64,000 nucleotides of DNA from the human T2T-CHM13v2.0 reference genome, Homo sapiens. The notes under the pieces were generated by a model that searched no databases, was not told where the DNA came from, and saw only the letters and a program-made list of their open reading frames with translations. The stretch is from assembly GCF_009914755.1 (NCBI RefSeq), contig NC_060935.1, one strand, 5' to 3'. Position 1 is the stretch's first letter; the number at the start of each line of letters is the position of its first letter. A program made the position numbers and the translations under genes. This document shows positions 25,456 through 39,612 of this stretch, piece by piece.

Positions 25456-28291
25456 AAAAAACAAAACACAATGGCTGAATGCATTTAAAAAGCATGACCC
25501 AAGTATATGCTGCCTACATGAGATTCACTTCAACTTTGAGGATACACATAGACTGAAAGTGATGGGAAGAAAAATGATAGTTCATACAAATGGAAACCAA
25601 AAGAGAGCAGGGGTAGCTGTACTTATATCAGACAAAATAGACTTTATATCAAAAACTAACAAGAGAAAAAGATTATTACATAATGATAAAGTGATCAATT
25701 TACCAAGAGAATATAACAATATTCAACATATATGCACCCAACATTGAAGCACCTAAATATATAACTAACTAAAGGGAGAAATAGACAGCAATGCAATGAT
25801 AATAATAGAAGACCTCAACACCCCACTTTCAACAATGGATAGATCACCCAGACAGAAAAATCAATATGGAAACAAGCACTGGACTTGAACTACACTTTAG
25901 ACCAATGGACCTAACAGACATACACAGAACATTCCATTCAACAGCAGCAGAATATACATTCTTCTCAAGTATTCACAGAATATTCTCTAGGATAGATCAT
26001 ATGTTAGGCCACAAAACAAGTTTTACCAAATTTAAAATGACTGAAATTATATCAAGCGTCTTTTCCAACCATTTCCAATTTCTAGTTTGGTATCAAACTA
26101 GAAATCAATAACAGAAAAAAACAGAAAAATCCACAAATATATGTAAATTAAACAACACACACCTGAACAACCAATGGGTCAAAGAAGAAATCAAAAGGGA
26201 CACCAAAAATATCTCAGACAAATGAAAATGGAAACACAACATACCAAAATGTATGTGATACCACAAAAGCAGTTCTAAGAGAGAACTTTATAGTGATAAA
26301 CGCCTGCATGAAGAAAAAGGAAAGATCTCAAATAAGCAGCTTAACTTTATACCTCAAAGAACTAGAAAAAGAAGAGCAAGCTAAGCTGAAAGTTAGCAGA
26401 AGGAAGAAAATAACAACAAGCAGAGGTGGAAAAGATTAATGAAATTAAGAGTTGTTTTTTGAAAAGATAACCAAAATTGATAAACATTTAGCTAGATGAA
26501 GAAAAAAAGAGATAAGCTAAAATAAATAAAAATGAAAAAGGAGACATTCAACTGATACTACAGAAATACAAAGGATCATAATAGACCACTATGAGCAATT
26601 ATATGTTAACAAACTGGATAATCTAGAAGAAACAGATATATTCCTATAAGCATAAAATTAACTAAGAATGCATCATAAAAAAATAGAAAATCTGAACAGA
26701 CCAAGTAAGGAGATTGAATAACTAATCAAAATCACATATCAAAGAAAAGCCCAGGACCTCACGGCTTCACTAGTAAATTCTACCAAACGTTTTGAGAAGA
26801 ACTAATAACAACTGTTCTCAAACTCTTCCAAAAAACTAAATTTTTGGAATACTTCCAAATTCATATTATAAAACAAGTATTACTCTGATGTGAAAGACAA
26901 GGACACTACAAGAAAAGAATACAAACCAATATCCCTGATAAACATAAATGCAAAAATCCTCAACAGAATACTAGCAGCAAACCAAATTCAAAAGCATATT
27001 AGAAGAGTGACACGCCAAGATCAAATGGGATTTATCCCTCAGACGCAAAGATAGTTCAACATAAGCAACTCAAAAAAGTGATACATCACATTAACAGAAT
27101 AAAACATAAAAATTATATGATTATCTCAATAGATACAGAAAAATCATTTGTCAAAATTCAATACCATTTCATGATAAAAAAGTATCAATAAATTTGGTAT
27201 AGAAGGAATGTACCTCAACACAATAAAGGTCATATATGACATCTCACCTCTAACAACATACTCAAAAATAAAAAGTGAAAAGCTTTCTCCCTAAGATCAG
27301 GAACAACAAAAAGGATGTCCACTTTTGCCAGTTCTGTTATACATAATACTGGAAGTCCTAGCCAGAGAAATTAGGTAAGAAAAAAAAGCAAAAAAAAGAA
27401 AGCATCCAAATCAGAAAAGAAGAAGTAAAATTATCTCTGTTTGCCAATGACATGATTACATACATAGAAAACCCTAATGACTCCATGAAAAAAAGTTAGA
27501 ACTAATCAATTTAGTAAATTTTTAGGACACAAAATCAATATACAAAAATTGGTTGCATATTGATGTACTAACAATGAACTATCCAAAAAAGAAATTAAGA
27601 AAACAATTTACTTACAATAGCATCAAAAAGGATAAAATACTGAGGAATAAATTTAATCAAGGAAGTGAAAGATATGTACACTGAAAACTAAAACTTGGAT
27701 GAAAGAAATTGATGAAAACAAACAAATGGAAGGATGTCCTGTGTTCACAGATCAGAGGAATTAATGTTGTCAAAATTTCCACACTACCCAAAGTGATCTA
27801 AAAGTCAATGCGAACTCTATCAAAATTGCAGTGGCATTTTGCACAGAAACAGAAAAAGCAATGCTAAAATTTTTACAGAACCATGAAAGACCCCAAATAG
27901 CTAAAGCAATGTTGAGCAAGTGGACCGAAGTGGAGGCATCACACTTCCTGATTCACCAGGACTCAAAGTCCTGGCTATTTCAATAAGACAAGAGAGTGAA
28001 ATAAAAGGTATATAGATTGGAAAGAGAGAAATAAAACTGTTTATATTTGCAGATGCCATGATTTTACATCTAGAGAATCTCTAAGAAATCAACAAAATAC
28101 TCCTGGAACTAAAAAGCAACTATGGCAAGGACCCAGGATACACATTAATACACCAAAGTCTATCACTTTCCTATATACTAGCAATGAGCAACTGAAGTCT
28201 GAAATGATAAAAAAAAAAAGATACCATTTACAATAGAACCCCCAAAAACATAATTCTTAAGAATAAATTTAACAAAATATATATAACACCT

Positions 28292-28903
28292 TGTAAAGGT
28301 TAATTTTGGTTGTCAACTTGAAGGGATACCCAGATAACTGGTAAAGCATTATCTATGGGTGTCCCTGTGAGGGCATTTCCAGAAGAGATTGGCGTTTGAA
28401 TCCGTGGACTGAATAAGGAAGATCTATCTTCACCTGATGTGGGTGGGCACTATCTAATTGTCTGAGGGCCCAGATAGAGCAGAAAGGTCAATGGTCTACT
28501 TGCTCAGTCTCTCTCTATTTATCTACCTACCTATCTTTCCTGGAGCTGAGACACCCATCTTCCACTGCCCTTGGACATTGGAACCCCTGGTTCTTCAGCC
28601 CTTGGACTCCAGGACTTGCACCAGTGTCCCCCGGGTTCTCAGGCCATCATCTGCAGACTGAGTTACACCACCAGCTTTCCTGGTCCTGAGTCCTGCACAC
28701 TTGGACTGAGCCATGCTCTTGGCTTCCCTGGTTTTCCGTCTTGCAGGAAACACATTGTGGGACTTCTCAGCCTCCATAATTGCATGAGCCAATTCCCATA
28801 ATAAATCCTGTCTCATATAGCTCTATCAATTTTGATATCTACATCTATATCTGTATCTATCTGCATCCTACTGGTTTTGTCTCTCTGGGTAACTCATACT
28901 ACG
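28292..28903 (+). mobile_element. MLT2 (B-like) ERVL 5' LTR
   Basis: tgtaaaggttaattttggttgtcaacttg...agattggcgtttgaatc...ttctcagcctccataattgcatgagccaattccc..aataaa. Confidence 0.88.
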
Positions 28904-29117
28904 TACCAGGAATGGTTCTAGTGGGGACAGAATTTTAAGAGTGAGTTCCCTAAATTGGTTTTAGAGTTTCTGGAATTGGGTCTTTAGTCTGATTAGACTT
29001 AAAAATGCTAAGGACTCTACTTCCAATAGTACCAAGAGTACCGATAGTCATTCCATAAATTGTTTATAAAGATACGCAAAATACATGCATTAAGTACTCC
29101 TAAGCAACCACTTTTTA

Positions 29118-29438
29118 ATTTTTTTTCCTTATTTATTTATTTTTTATTGTGGCAGGGGCTCTCTCTGTCACCCAGGTGGGAGTACAGTGGCACAATCACA
29201 GCGCACTGTAGCCTCAACCTCCTGGGCTCAAGTGATCCTTTCTTATTTTATTTTATTTTATTTTATTTTATTTTATTTTATTTTATATTTTATTTTATTT
29301 TATATTTTATTTTATTTTATTTTATTATTTTATTTTATTTTATTTTATTTTTTGTAGAGATGAGGTCTCACTATCTTGCCAAGGCTGGTCTCGAACTCCT
29401 GAGCTCAAGCGATCCTCCCATCTCGGCCTCCCAAAGTG
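29118..29438 (-). mobile_element. AluJ with internal deletion and expanded (TTTTA)n linker
   Basis: Reverse Alu arms around (TTTTA)n at about 29241-29352; TSD AGCARCCACTTTT. Confidence 0.88.
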
Positions 29439-29740
29439 AGCAGCCACTTTTAAGAGGCAAGGAACTTAGAGGCTCTGTATATGATACTTTGGAGCATTTG
29501 TGGAAAACGAAGGAATGAATGAACTGTTGGTTACTCCTAATGTTCCAGGACAAAGTGATGAAGGAAAAGAATGAGATCAGGTATTTGGATTCTCAGCTCA
29601 AGCACCGCATAAATGACCTAACAGCGGCTAGGTGTGTCCCTAGGGAGAACCTAGGTCCTATAGCCACAGGGTCGGAATTGCTGCAAGTCAAACGCAAGCC
29701 CTCATCACGCAGTTCTCGGCCTTGCTGGGTGTCTGTGGTA

Positions 29741-30207
29741 GGCTCAGATAAATGCAACGTTTTTATCACAGCCCCAGGAAAGGTTTTTGTTGTTTATGTT
29801 GCTGATGTTGTGTTTTAAACAACTCCTCTATTAAAAAAAAAAAAAAAGAAAGCACAGAGAAATAAAAGAAACTCTGATTATCCTGTATTGTGCACAGAAA
29901 TACAAAATAAGAATCTAGAAATTTTAGAATATTCAGCTAAAAATTCACATTGTGTGTAAATGGCATTTACTGGAAAGACGGTGATTCTTAACTGGAATTT
30001 TGTCTAGAAATGTTGATAAATTTACATCCTAATGGGATTGATCTCACATTTGGTTTTGCTTACATGTTTATAAAGCATTAAAGTTTGGTTAGCCAAATTT
30101 CTCATACTTGATATATATCAGAAATTGTATTTAAAAGCTTTACTTCTGTTGTAAAATTAGTTGCCTGAAATGAATAAAACCAATTAAATTGATATTTAAA
30201 AAAAAAA
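29741..30207 (+). pseudogene. putative processed mRNA 3'UTR retrocopy (parent unknown)
   Basis: AT-rich non-ERVL insert interrupting gag; AATAAA at 30173-30178, then A10 at 30198-30207. Confidence 0.65.
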
Positions 30208-32634
30208 GGGAAGGCATTGGTTGAGAAAGAATTGATATGTTGGAATGGGGACCTGGGAGGGGGGCCTTGATGAAGCTGGGGACATTGCACCCTGAAATAC
30301 TGAGCCTTCTTTTACCACGGAAAAAGTCTCTCCACAACCAGCATAAGTGACATTCCCAGCCCCACAGGCAGCAGCGTCCCTGGCCCAGTGGAAGCAGCCT
30401 CCCCGCCCCCAGCAGCTCTGGCCTTTCCACCTCCTCTGGGGCATTAACCTGCTTTGCCTGAGGAAAGGGTAAGGACTTCCCCTAAGGCGGTTGCCAGGCA
30501 AGTCAGTGCTGATTCTCCTCCGGTCCTTCCCCCACCACCTCCCTTTGCTTCTGGACCTATAACAAGACTCGCAGCCCAGGAGGCCCCTGAAGGTGAGGCC
30601 CACAGTGTGACACAGGAGGAGGCGAGCCACACCCCAGAAGAGCCACTTGACCTCTCTGATTTACACAGACAGACACCCAGGGGCATCAGTGGGAGCAGAC
30701 ACTGGGTGTGGGCACTGGGGGAGGAACACGGAGGTGGAGGGGCCGGGTGTGCAGACGTGTCCACCAAGCAGAGGCCGCACTCCAGGCTGCAGCTAGGGGA
30801 CTTGGAAAAGCTCTAACTGGCTGGTCGGTTGAAACATGGATCAAAGGATGCCCGCAGTGAGCGAGCTGGAGGTACCCAAGCTCCCTTGGCTTAACATAGA
30901 GGAAGGGGTTCAAAGGCTCAGGGAGATGGGAATGTGACAATGAAAACCTCCTCACCCACCCTGGGAGGGCCCAGGATGCAGGCCTCTCACAACACTGAGA
31001 CATAGATCTGTGAGGGAGCCCAGTCTCCTTGAAGAGCTCTGCAATTGTTCTTCTCTGTAGGCCAGACTCACAGTGGGAATTGCAGTCAATCAACTGCGAA
31101 ACTTTACATGCAACGGGGAATAATCGGATCCTGGGGTAGCAGGGGCCAAAGAAAAAGTGGGTGTGGTTACCATGATGGACAGCAGAAGCGAAGCAGCAAT
31201 CAGACCTGGGTCACTGGTCTGACCCATGCAGACCTATGGCACTGGCTGCTTATCATGTTCCTAGCAGTGAAATAAACAGGAAATCTGCTCAATTCCTACT
31301 GGATACAAGCAGTAAACTTCCAGGCCAAGTGGACAAAAGTCTAAGTTCAGTCATAAAAACACAGAGAATCATGGCCTTGGTCATTCACAGACTTGAGACA
31401 GTCTACGGACCCAGAACCCTCGAATGCAAGAAAGGCGGGTACCCTTGAGAAAAAGTCTCCCCACAACCAGCATAAGTGTCATTCCCAGCCCCAGAGGCAG
31501 CAGCGTCCCTGCCCCAGTGGAAGCAGCCTCCCCGCCCCCAGCAGCACGGGCCTGTATAGTCCCCAGAATTTATCCTGATAATCTTTTCCGCAGTCTTCCT
31601 GAAAGAGACTGTGTATTGGAGAAAAGAAAATACTGCAACATTTCGGGACGATTGGACACTGGCTCTGTCCTGACATTGATTCTAGGAGACGCTGGAAGGA
31701 CACTGTGGCCCTCCAGTTAGGGAGGGGCTTAGGGATCCAGGTGATCAATGGAGTTTTAGCTCAGATCTGACTCTGTGGGTCCAGTGGGTACCCAGCCCAT
31801 CCTGTGGTCATCTTCCCAGCTCCAGATGTGTAAGTGGAACAGACACACTCAGCAGCCAGCAGAGTCCCCACATGCGTCCCCTGACCTGGGGTGTGGTGTC
31901 TGCTATGGGGGGAAAGGACAAGTGGAAGCCATTAGAAAGGCCTCTACCTAGAACCGTCAGTCAAAAGCCATCCCACATCCCTGAAGGGACTGCAGACATC
32001 AGTGCCACCACCAAGGACTTGAGAGGTGCAGGGGCGGTGATCCCCACCACAGCCGATTCCACCCGCCTATTTGGCCCGTAGGAGAGACAGGCGGGTCCTG
32101 GAGAATGACAGGGGACTGTCCTAAGTTTGACTCCAGCTGCAGCTGCTGGGCCAGACGAGGTTCCATCGCTTGAGCAAATTAGCACATCTCCTGCTCCCTG
32201 GTGCGAAGCTCTTGATCCGGCAAATGCGTTCTCCTCCACCCCTGTCCACAGGGCCCAGCAGAAGCCAGGCCAGCAATGCCCCCTCGCCGCCCCACCTCAG
32301 GGGCCTCTCGCCTCTCCAGCCCGTGTCAGAGGTAATTCTCAGGAGTCTCGATCACCGCTCCCTTCCCCAGGATGTCACACTGGCCCATTACACTGGTGAC
32401 ATCATGCTGACGGGACGTAAGGCACAAGAAGTAGCCTCCATCCTAGACTTGTTGGTGTCGGAGGGTGGGGAATAAACCCAACTGGAATTCAGAGCCTTCT
32501 ACCTCAGGGAAACGTCTAGGGGTCCAATGGCGTGTGGCCTGTGGAGTTACCCGTTCTAAGGGGAAGGATAAGCAGTTGCATCTGCCCCTTCTTAGTCATA
32601 ACTAAGAGACAATGCTGAATGGGGCCTCTTCGAA

Positions 32635-32935
32635 TTTTTTTTTTTTTTTTGAGACAAAGTCTCACTCTGTCACCCAGGCTGGTGTACAGTGGTGCAATCT
32701 CAGCTCACTGCAACCTCTGCCACCCCCCAAGGTTCAAGCGATTCTCCTGCCTCAGCCTCCCGAGTAGCTGGGATTACAGGTGCACGCCACCATGCCCAGC
32801 TAATTTTTGTATTTTTAGTAGAGACGGGATTTCACCGTGTTGGCCAGGCTGGTCTCAAACTCCTGACCTCAGGTGATCCACCTGCCTCAGCCTCCCACAG
32901 TGCTGGGATTCCAGGCGTGAGCCGCCACGCCGGCC
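32635..32935 (-). mobile_element. AluS (Sx/Sz-like)
   Basis: polyT plus reverse Alu; TSD CTCTTYGAATTT. Confidence 0.93.
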
Positions 32936-33116
32936 CTCTTTGAATTTAGAGCAACACATTTCTCATGTAGTTAATCTGGCCCAAGTGCCCTGAAAAGCTG
33001 CCAGTTTTGAGTAGAAACCAGAGCAGGAGAAGGCTCTATGGCAGATCCAGGCTGCCGTGCAAGCTGCTCTGCCCTGTGGGCCATGTGACCCAGCAGATGC
33101 AGTGGCGTCTGGGATG

Positions 33117-33267
33117 TGGTGTTAGATGGGGTGCCGTAGGTGAATGGTGACTGGTTGGTGTTAGATGGGGTGCCGTAGGTGAATGGCGACTGGTTGGTGT
33201 TAGATAGGGGTGCCGGAGGTGAATAGTGACTGGCGTGTGGTGTTAGATAGGGGTGCCAGAGGTGGAT
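33117..33267. repeat. 39-40-bp minisatellite x about 3.7
   Basis: Unit TGGTGTTAGATGGGGTGCCGTAGGTGAATGGTGACTGGT. Confidence 0.92.
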
Positions 33268-33535
33268 CACAGCACGGGCCTTTAGGACTTTGCGGCGAGG
33301 CCCTGCCACCATCCACAGATAACCACTCTCCTTTGGAGAGACAGGGCTTGGCCTGCTGCCGTGCCTTAGTAGAAACTGAATGTTTGACCATGGGCCACCA
33401 AGTTACCCTGTGATCTGAGCTGCCCACCATGAACTGGGGAATTATCTGACCCACGTAGCCATAAAGTTGGGCATGCACAGCAGTGCTCCGTCATCCAACA
33501 GAGAGGTATATACATGATCCGGCCTGAGCACATCC

Positions 33536-33659
33536 TGAAGACACAAGTAAGTTACATGAAGAAGTGGCCCAAATGCCCGTGGTCCCCATTCCTGCTATGA
33601 AGACACAAGTAAGTTACATGAAGAAGTGGCCCAAATGCCCGTGGTCCCCACTCCTGCTA
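33536..33659. repeat. 62-bp tandem duplication
   Basis: 33536-33597 and 33598-33659 differ at one base. Confidence 0.95.
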
Positions 33660-34810
33660 CACTGGAAAAGGCAAAACGAGAGAGACAGTAGACGCATCAG
33701 TCATTGCCAGGGGGCTGGTAGAGGAGAGAGGTAGGTGAAGCACAGGAGGTTTTTTTTTAGGGCAGTAGAACTATTCTTACTACCTTAAAAGGTACTGTAG
33801 TGGTGGCTACAAGGCATAAGCATGTCTCAAAAGCTATAAAACTTTACAGCACAAAGAGTAAACCTTAATGCATGCAAATTTTAAAAAATAATAATTTACC
33901 AGGTCAGGAGATCCCAGGATGGAAAGCAGAATGCGATGCAGTCATCTTACTGTGCTATCTACGTATGAAACAACCTCACTGAGGGAGCTGGGAATAAAGT
34001 GCTGGCCTAAGTAACTTTGGAAATGAGTGGAGTCTGTAAGACTCAATGCAAAAATAACTATACATAAACACTGTACCCTAGTTGGTAAGGTTGTTGCTTA
34101 TGCTTGTATGGGTTAACAATTCTGATATCATCCTGATATCAGATATCATTCCAGAATACGTATTCTGGAATTGGACAGTTAAGTAAGTGGAAGTAAAATG
34201 GTGGGAACCGAGTGTCTTATGGTTGCAGTAGAAGGTTACAGATGAGCAAGGAGAGACTAGAAAAATCCATGTGGGGCAGGAGTACAGTTAGAGACATCAG
34301 TATCAACCGATGGTTAGCGTAATATAGACACAGATGGTTACATTTAGAAATACTATGATGTGTGCATATACACATGCTAATGTATACACATATATTTCCT
34401 TTCTCTGTCCGCTGAGAGGGCCTAAAAGCAAAGAAATCCCAGTAGCAATGAGCACCAGATCTTGGTATCAAATACCACTCTCCAGTAAAAGAAATCTTGG
34501 AAAAAATAGCTGATTCTAGGAATAGCACAGGAAATATATACGATGGCCCTAGATGCTTTTACACTGTTGGTAGGAATGTAAATTATTTCAACAATTGTGG
34601 AAGACAGTGTGGTGATTCCTCAAAGACCTAGAGACAGAAATACCATTTGACTCAGCAATCCCATTACTAGGTATATACCCAAAGGAATATAAATCGTTCT
34701 ACCATAATGACACATGTACACGTAAGTTCAGTGCAGCACTATTCACAATAGCAAAGACATGGAATTAGCCTAAATGCCCATCAGTGATAAACTGGATAAA
34801 GAAAACATGG

Positions 34811-35315
<505 letters not shown>

Positions 35316-35878
35316 CTAGGCTTAATTACCTGGCTGATGAAATAATCTGTACAACAAGCCCCCATAACACGTTTACCTATGTAACAAACCTGCACATCCT
35401 GCACATGTACCCCTGAACTTAAAATAAAAGTTAAAAGAAAAGAAAAAGACCACGTTAGAGCATCTTGTAGTACCAAAAAGTAAGAAAGCACTGCAGACAA
35501 TACCTACAATTATGGGGATATGCCAAAGGGATACAGGAGCCAACTGAAAGAGCTTCCAGTGGCCAAAGCTGGAACAATTTGAATAAAACAAAATAAATGA
35601 AGTAGTAATGGATTATAACCCAAATTATAAAATAAATATTCTGGAGTGCAATCTGATACAAATCAATGATTGAATAAATAAATATATGGAAGACAACAGA
35701 CAAATCTACCATGCAGAAGAATTTCAAACAATTTATGTAGCTACTTCACCCTTAACAAGGTGGAGCATAACTCCCCACTCCTTAAATGTGGGCTGTGCTA
35801 GTGACATCCTTCCAAAGAGGACAGTATTAAAAGGGGAGAAAAGAGTCACTTAATGGTGGAGAAACCTGACAAACAGCA

Positions 35879-36299
35879 TGTGTTAGGCCGTTATTGCATT
35901 GCTATAATGAAATACCTGAGGGTGAGTAATTTATAAAGAAAAGAGGTTTAATTGGCTCATGGTTTGGCAAGTTTTACAGGAAATGGTGCTGACATCTGCT
36001 CAGCTTCTGGGGAGTCCTCAGGAAGCTTACAATCCAATCATGGCGGAAGGTGAAGGGGGAGTGGGTACATGATATGGTAAAAGCAGGAGCAAGAGAGACA
36101 GGGAGGGTCTTTTTTAAACAACCAGACCTTGCAAGAATTCACTCACTAGCACAAGGATAGCACCAAGAGGACGGTGCTAAACCATTCATGAGAAATACAC
36201 CCGCAGGAGCCAATCAACTCCCAACAGACCCCACCTCCAACACTGGGGATTATGTTTCAACATAAGATTTGGGTGAGGATGTAGATGCAAACCATATCA
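35879..36299 (-). mobile_element. MSTA-like solo LTR
   Basis: tgtgttaggccgtt...aaaccatatca; TSD CAGCA at 35874-35878 and 36300-36304. Confidence 0.9.
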
Positions 36300-39200
36300 C
36301 AGCACCTGGGCCAGGTGATAAAAGTCAACATCAAGAGCAATAAGCCATGTTGATAATATAGAGCCTTAATATGATGCAAATGGCATTACCTCTGTCATCT
36401 TACTCAAACCCATAATCCCAAATTAATCCTGAGAAATCAGACAAATCCCAATTGAGGAAAATGCTACAAAACACCTGACTAGTATTTCTCAAAAACTGTC
36501 AAGGTCATCAAAAGAAAGCAAAGTCTGAGAAAACGTCACCAGCAGGAGGAAGCTACGGAAACATGACTGCTAAATGTAACATGGTATCCCGGATGGGAAT
36601 CCTGCAACATTAGGGGAAAACTGAAGGAATCTGAAAAAAACTATAGACTTTACTTAATAATAATGTATACGTATTGGTTCATTAACCATGATAATGTTCC
36701 ATACCAATGTAAGATGGTGATAATAGGACAAACTGGGTGTGGGGTTTATGGGAATTCCCTGTACTATCTTTGCAATAATTCTGTAAATCTAAAACTGTTC
36801 TAAAATGTAAAACTTTATTGAAACTGTCATAATAGGCAAAAAAATCCAAATTTGAGAAAACCTATAAACCCACAAATCTAAAAATTTTAATGAGTCCCAG
36901 CATAAGAATCACTATCACTAAGAAAATTACACTAGGGAAGATAATAATCAAATTTCTCAAAATCAGTATTAAAAATAAATCTTAAAAGCAGCCAGAGGGG
37001 GAAAAAGACACATTACATACAAAGAAAGAAAGAAAGATAAGAGTGACATTTCTTACCAGAAATAAATCAAAGAATAAAAGGGTGAGCAGCATCTTTAAAA
37101 TAGGGAAAGCAAATAAATTGCCAACTGGAATTCCCTATTCAGTGAAAATATCTTCCAAAATGAAAGTGAAATCGACTTTTTCAGATATACAAAAGCTACA
37201 AGAATTAATTGTCAACTGACTTGCACTGTAAGAAATGTTAAAGGAACTTCTTCACACAGAAGAAAAGTGATATCAAATAAATATATGGATCTCAAAGCAA
37301 TAAAGAGCACAGAAATGATAACTACATGGGTAAATATGTACTTTTTATCTTGCTATTTACATATCTTTAAAAGATAATTATAGTTGTAACAATACCAAAA
37401 TAATTCAAGATGTTAACAATAGAGTAAACTGAATGTGGCATAGACTGGGAACTCTCTGTACTAACTTTACACATTTTCTGAAAAGCTAAAACTATTCTAA
37501 AATAAAAAATTTATTTAAATATTAACTTAATAATGAGAAACAATATAGTGTGAGGTTTATAATATGCAAGTAAAATGCAGGACAATAATAGCATAAAAGT
37601 GAGGAGGGAAGAAATGGAAATATACTATTGTAAAGTTTTTATGCTATGTATGATGTGGTCAAATATCACTTGAAGAAAGACTGATAAGATAAATATATGC
37701 ATTAGAAATCCTAAAGCAACCACTAAAATAATGAAACAAATGGCTATAGATCATAAGCCAACAAAGGAAAGAAAATGATATCATGAAAAATACTCAATCT
37801 GAAGAAAAAAACAGATGAAGCAAATATAAAACAAATTACAAAATAATGGACTTAATTCCAATTATATCAACAATTACATTAAATATAAATGATCTAAACA
37901 CCTTCATTAATATACATAGATTGTTGGGTTGCATAGAAAAAGCAAGACCCATAAATATATATATGCTGCCTACCAAAAATACACTTTAATTATAAAGACA
38001 TAAGTAGGTTAGAAGTAAAAGAATTTTAAAAAGCATAAGCAAAACTAGCACCAATCAAAGCCAGAATAGCTATGGTAATATAAGGGAAGCAGATTTAAAA
38101 GCAAAGAATATTACTGGGACAAAAAAGGTCATTTCATAATGATACAAGAGTCAGTCCATCAAGAGGATTTAGTAATCAAAATGTTTATACACCCAGTAAC
38201 AGAGCCTTAAAACAAATAAAGCAGAAAACTGACCAAATTACTAGGAGAAATAGACAAATTCACATTATAACAGGAAATTCAATATTCCTCTTTCAATAAT
38301 AGAACAAGTAGACAGAGAATTGGTAAGGATATAAGAGACTTGAACAAAACAATCAACTTGATTTAGCTGACACTAATAGGACGCTCCACCTGATAACAAC
38401 ACAATACATAATCTTCTCAAGTGCACAAGGAGCATTTACTGAGACAGATCTTACTATGGGCCATAAAACAAGTCTCAGTAATTTCAAAAGGATTCAAGCA
38501 ACACAAAGTATGCTCTCTGACCAAAAAGAAATTGAATTACAATTCAAATTAAATTCAAAGTTAACAGAAAGAAGGAAACAATAAAAATCGAGAAGTAAAT
38601 CAAGGAAACAAAGCACAGGGAAAAATGAGAAAAAAATCAATAAACCAAAAATGGATTCTTTTTGAGAAAATCAATCAAATTGCTGAACTTCTACCAAGAT
38701 TAATCAGGAAAAAAAAGACAGAAACTGCCAGTATTAGGAAGTAAGAGAGATGACATCATTTACAGATTCTACAGATATCCAAAGGATAATACGGGCTATT
38801 ACAAATAACTTTATTCTGATAAATTGACATCTTAAACAAAATGAACAAATTCAATGAAAGACTGAAATTACCAAAACTCATACAAGAAAAAATAGATAAC
38901 CTAAATACACTCACAAACACAAATTAAATTTCTAGTAAAAATTCTATTCACAAAGAAAACATCACAGCATCACTGGTAAATTTTACCAAACATTTAAAGA
39001 AAAAGGATACCAATTCTAGAAACACTCTTTCTAAAAATTAAAGAAGAGGGAATACTCCTTCACCATTTCTATGAGACCAGGATTATTACCCTGATACCAA
39101 AAGTAGGCAAAGACATTACAAGAAGAGAAAACTAAGGCTAAAACCTGTCATAAAAATAGATGCAAGAATTCTAAACAAAATTTTATCAAATCAAGCCTGA

Positions 39201-39385
39201 AAATATGTAAAAAGGATAATATCTCATGATCAAGTGTGGTTTCAGAATACAAGGTTGGTTTAACACTCAAAAATCAATCAATATAAATTTTCATATTAAT
39301 GAAACTAGAAAAGGAAAAGCATATTATTATCAATATACATATGTGCACTGGTTAGGGTTCTCCAGAGAAACAGAACCAACAGGGG

Positions 39386-39421
<36 letters not shown>

Positions 39422-39612
39422 GAGAGAGAGAGACACACAGAGAGAGAGAAAAAGAGAGAGAAAATCCAAAATCAGCAGGGTAAGTGGCAGACTGGAGCCC
39501 CAGGAAAAAGCTGCAGCCCAAATCCAAAAGCAGTCTGCTGGCAGAATTCCTTCTGGCTTAGAGAAAGTCAATCTTTGTTTTGTTAAGGCCTTCGTCAACT
39601 GCTTAGATGAGG

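Larger units (their letters stand above)
17430..28290 (+). mobile_element. mosaic of degenerate L1 (L1M 5' ends, ORF1, ORF2; nested L1PB/PA 3' end at about 21575-22845)
   Basis: A-rich + strand; endonuclease peptides ILNVYVPNN..GDFKT (ORF 22861) and LNVNG..ICCLHEIH (ORF 25247); ORF1-like QKEMLEIKN..EELED (ORF 19540); all frames disrupted. Confidence 0.92.
28904..33660 (+). mobile_element. ERVL (ERVL-B4/HERVL-like) internal region, 3'-truncated, decayed gag-pro-pol
   Basis: gag peptide WLLLMFQDKVMKEKNEIRYLDSQLK (ORF 29519); protease LDTGSVLTLI (ORF 31424); RT motif degraded to HYTGDIML (ORF 32170). Confidence 0.88.

Noticed and set aside
22861-27960. L1 ORF2 peptides as a functional gene
   Set aside because: Many stops, frameshifts and insertions; dead L1 remnants.
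31424-32475. ERVL protease/RT as a domesticated gene
   Set aside because: Short broken frames, and the catalytic YIDD has decayed to YTGD.
33117-33267. CRISPR-like repeat appearance (also 10935-11240)
   Set aside because: Units are head-to-tail with no unique spacers, in a primate genomic context.
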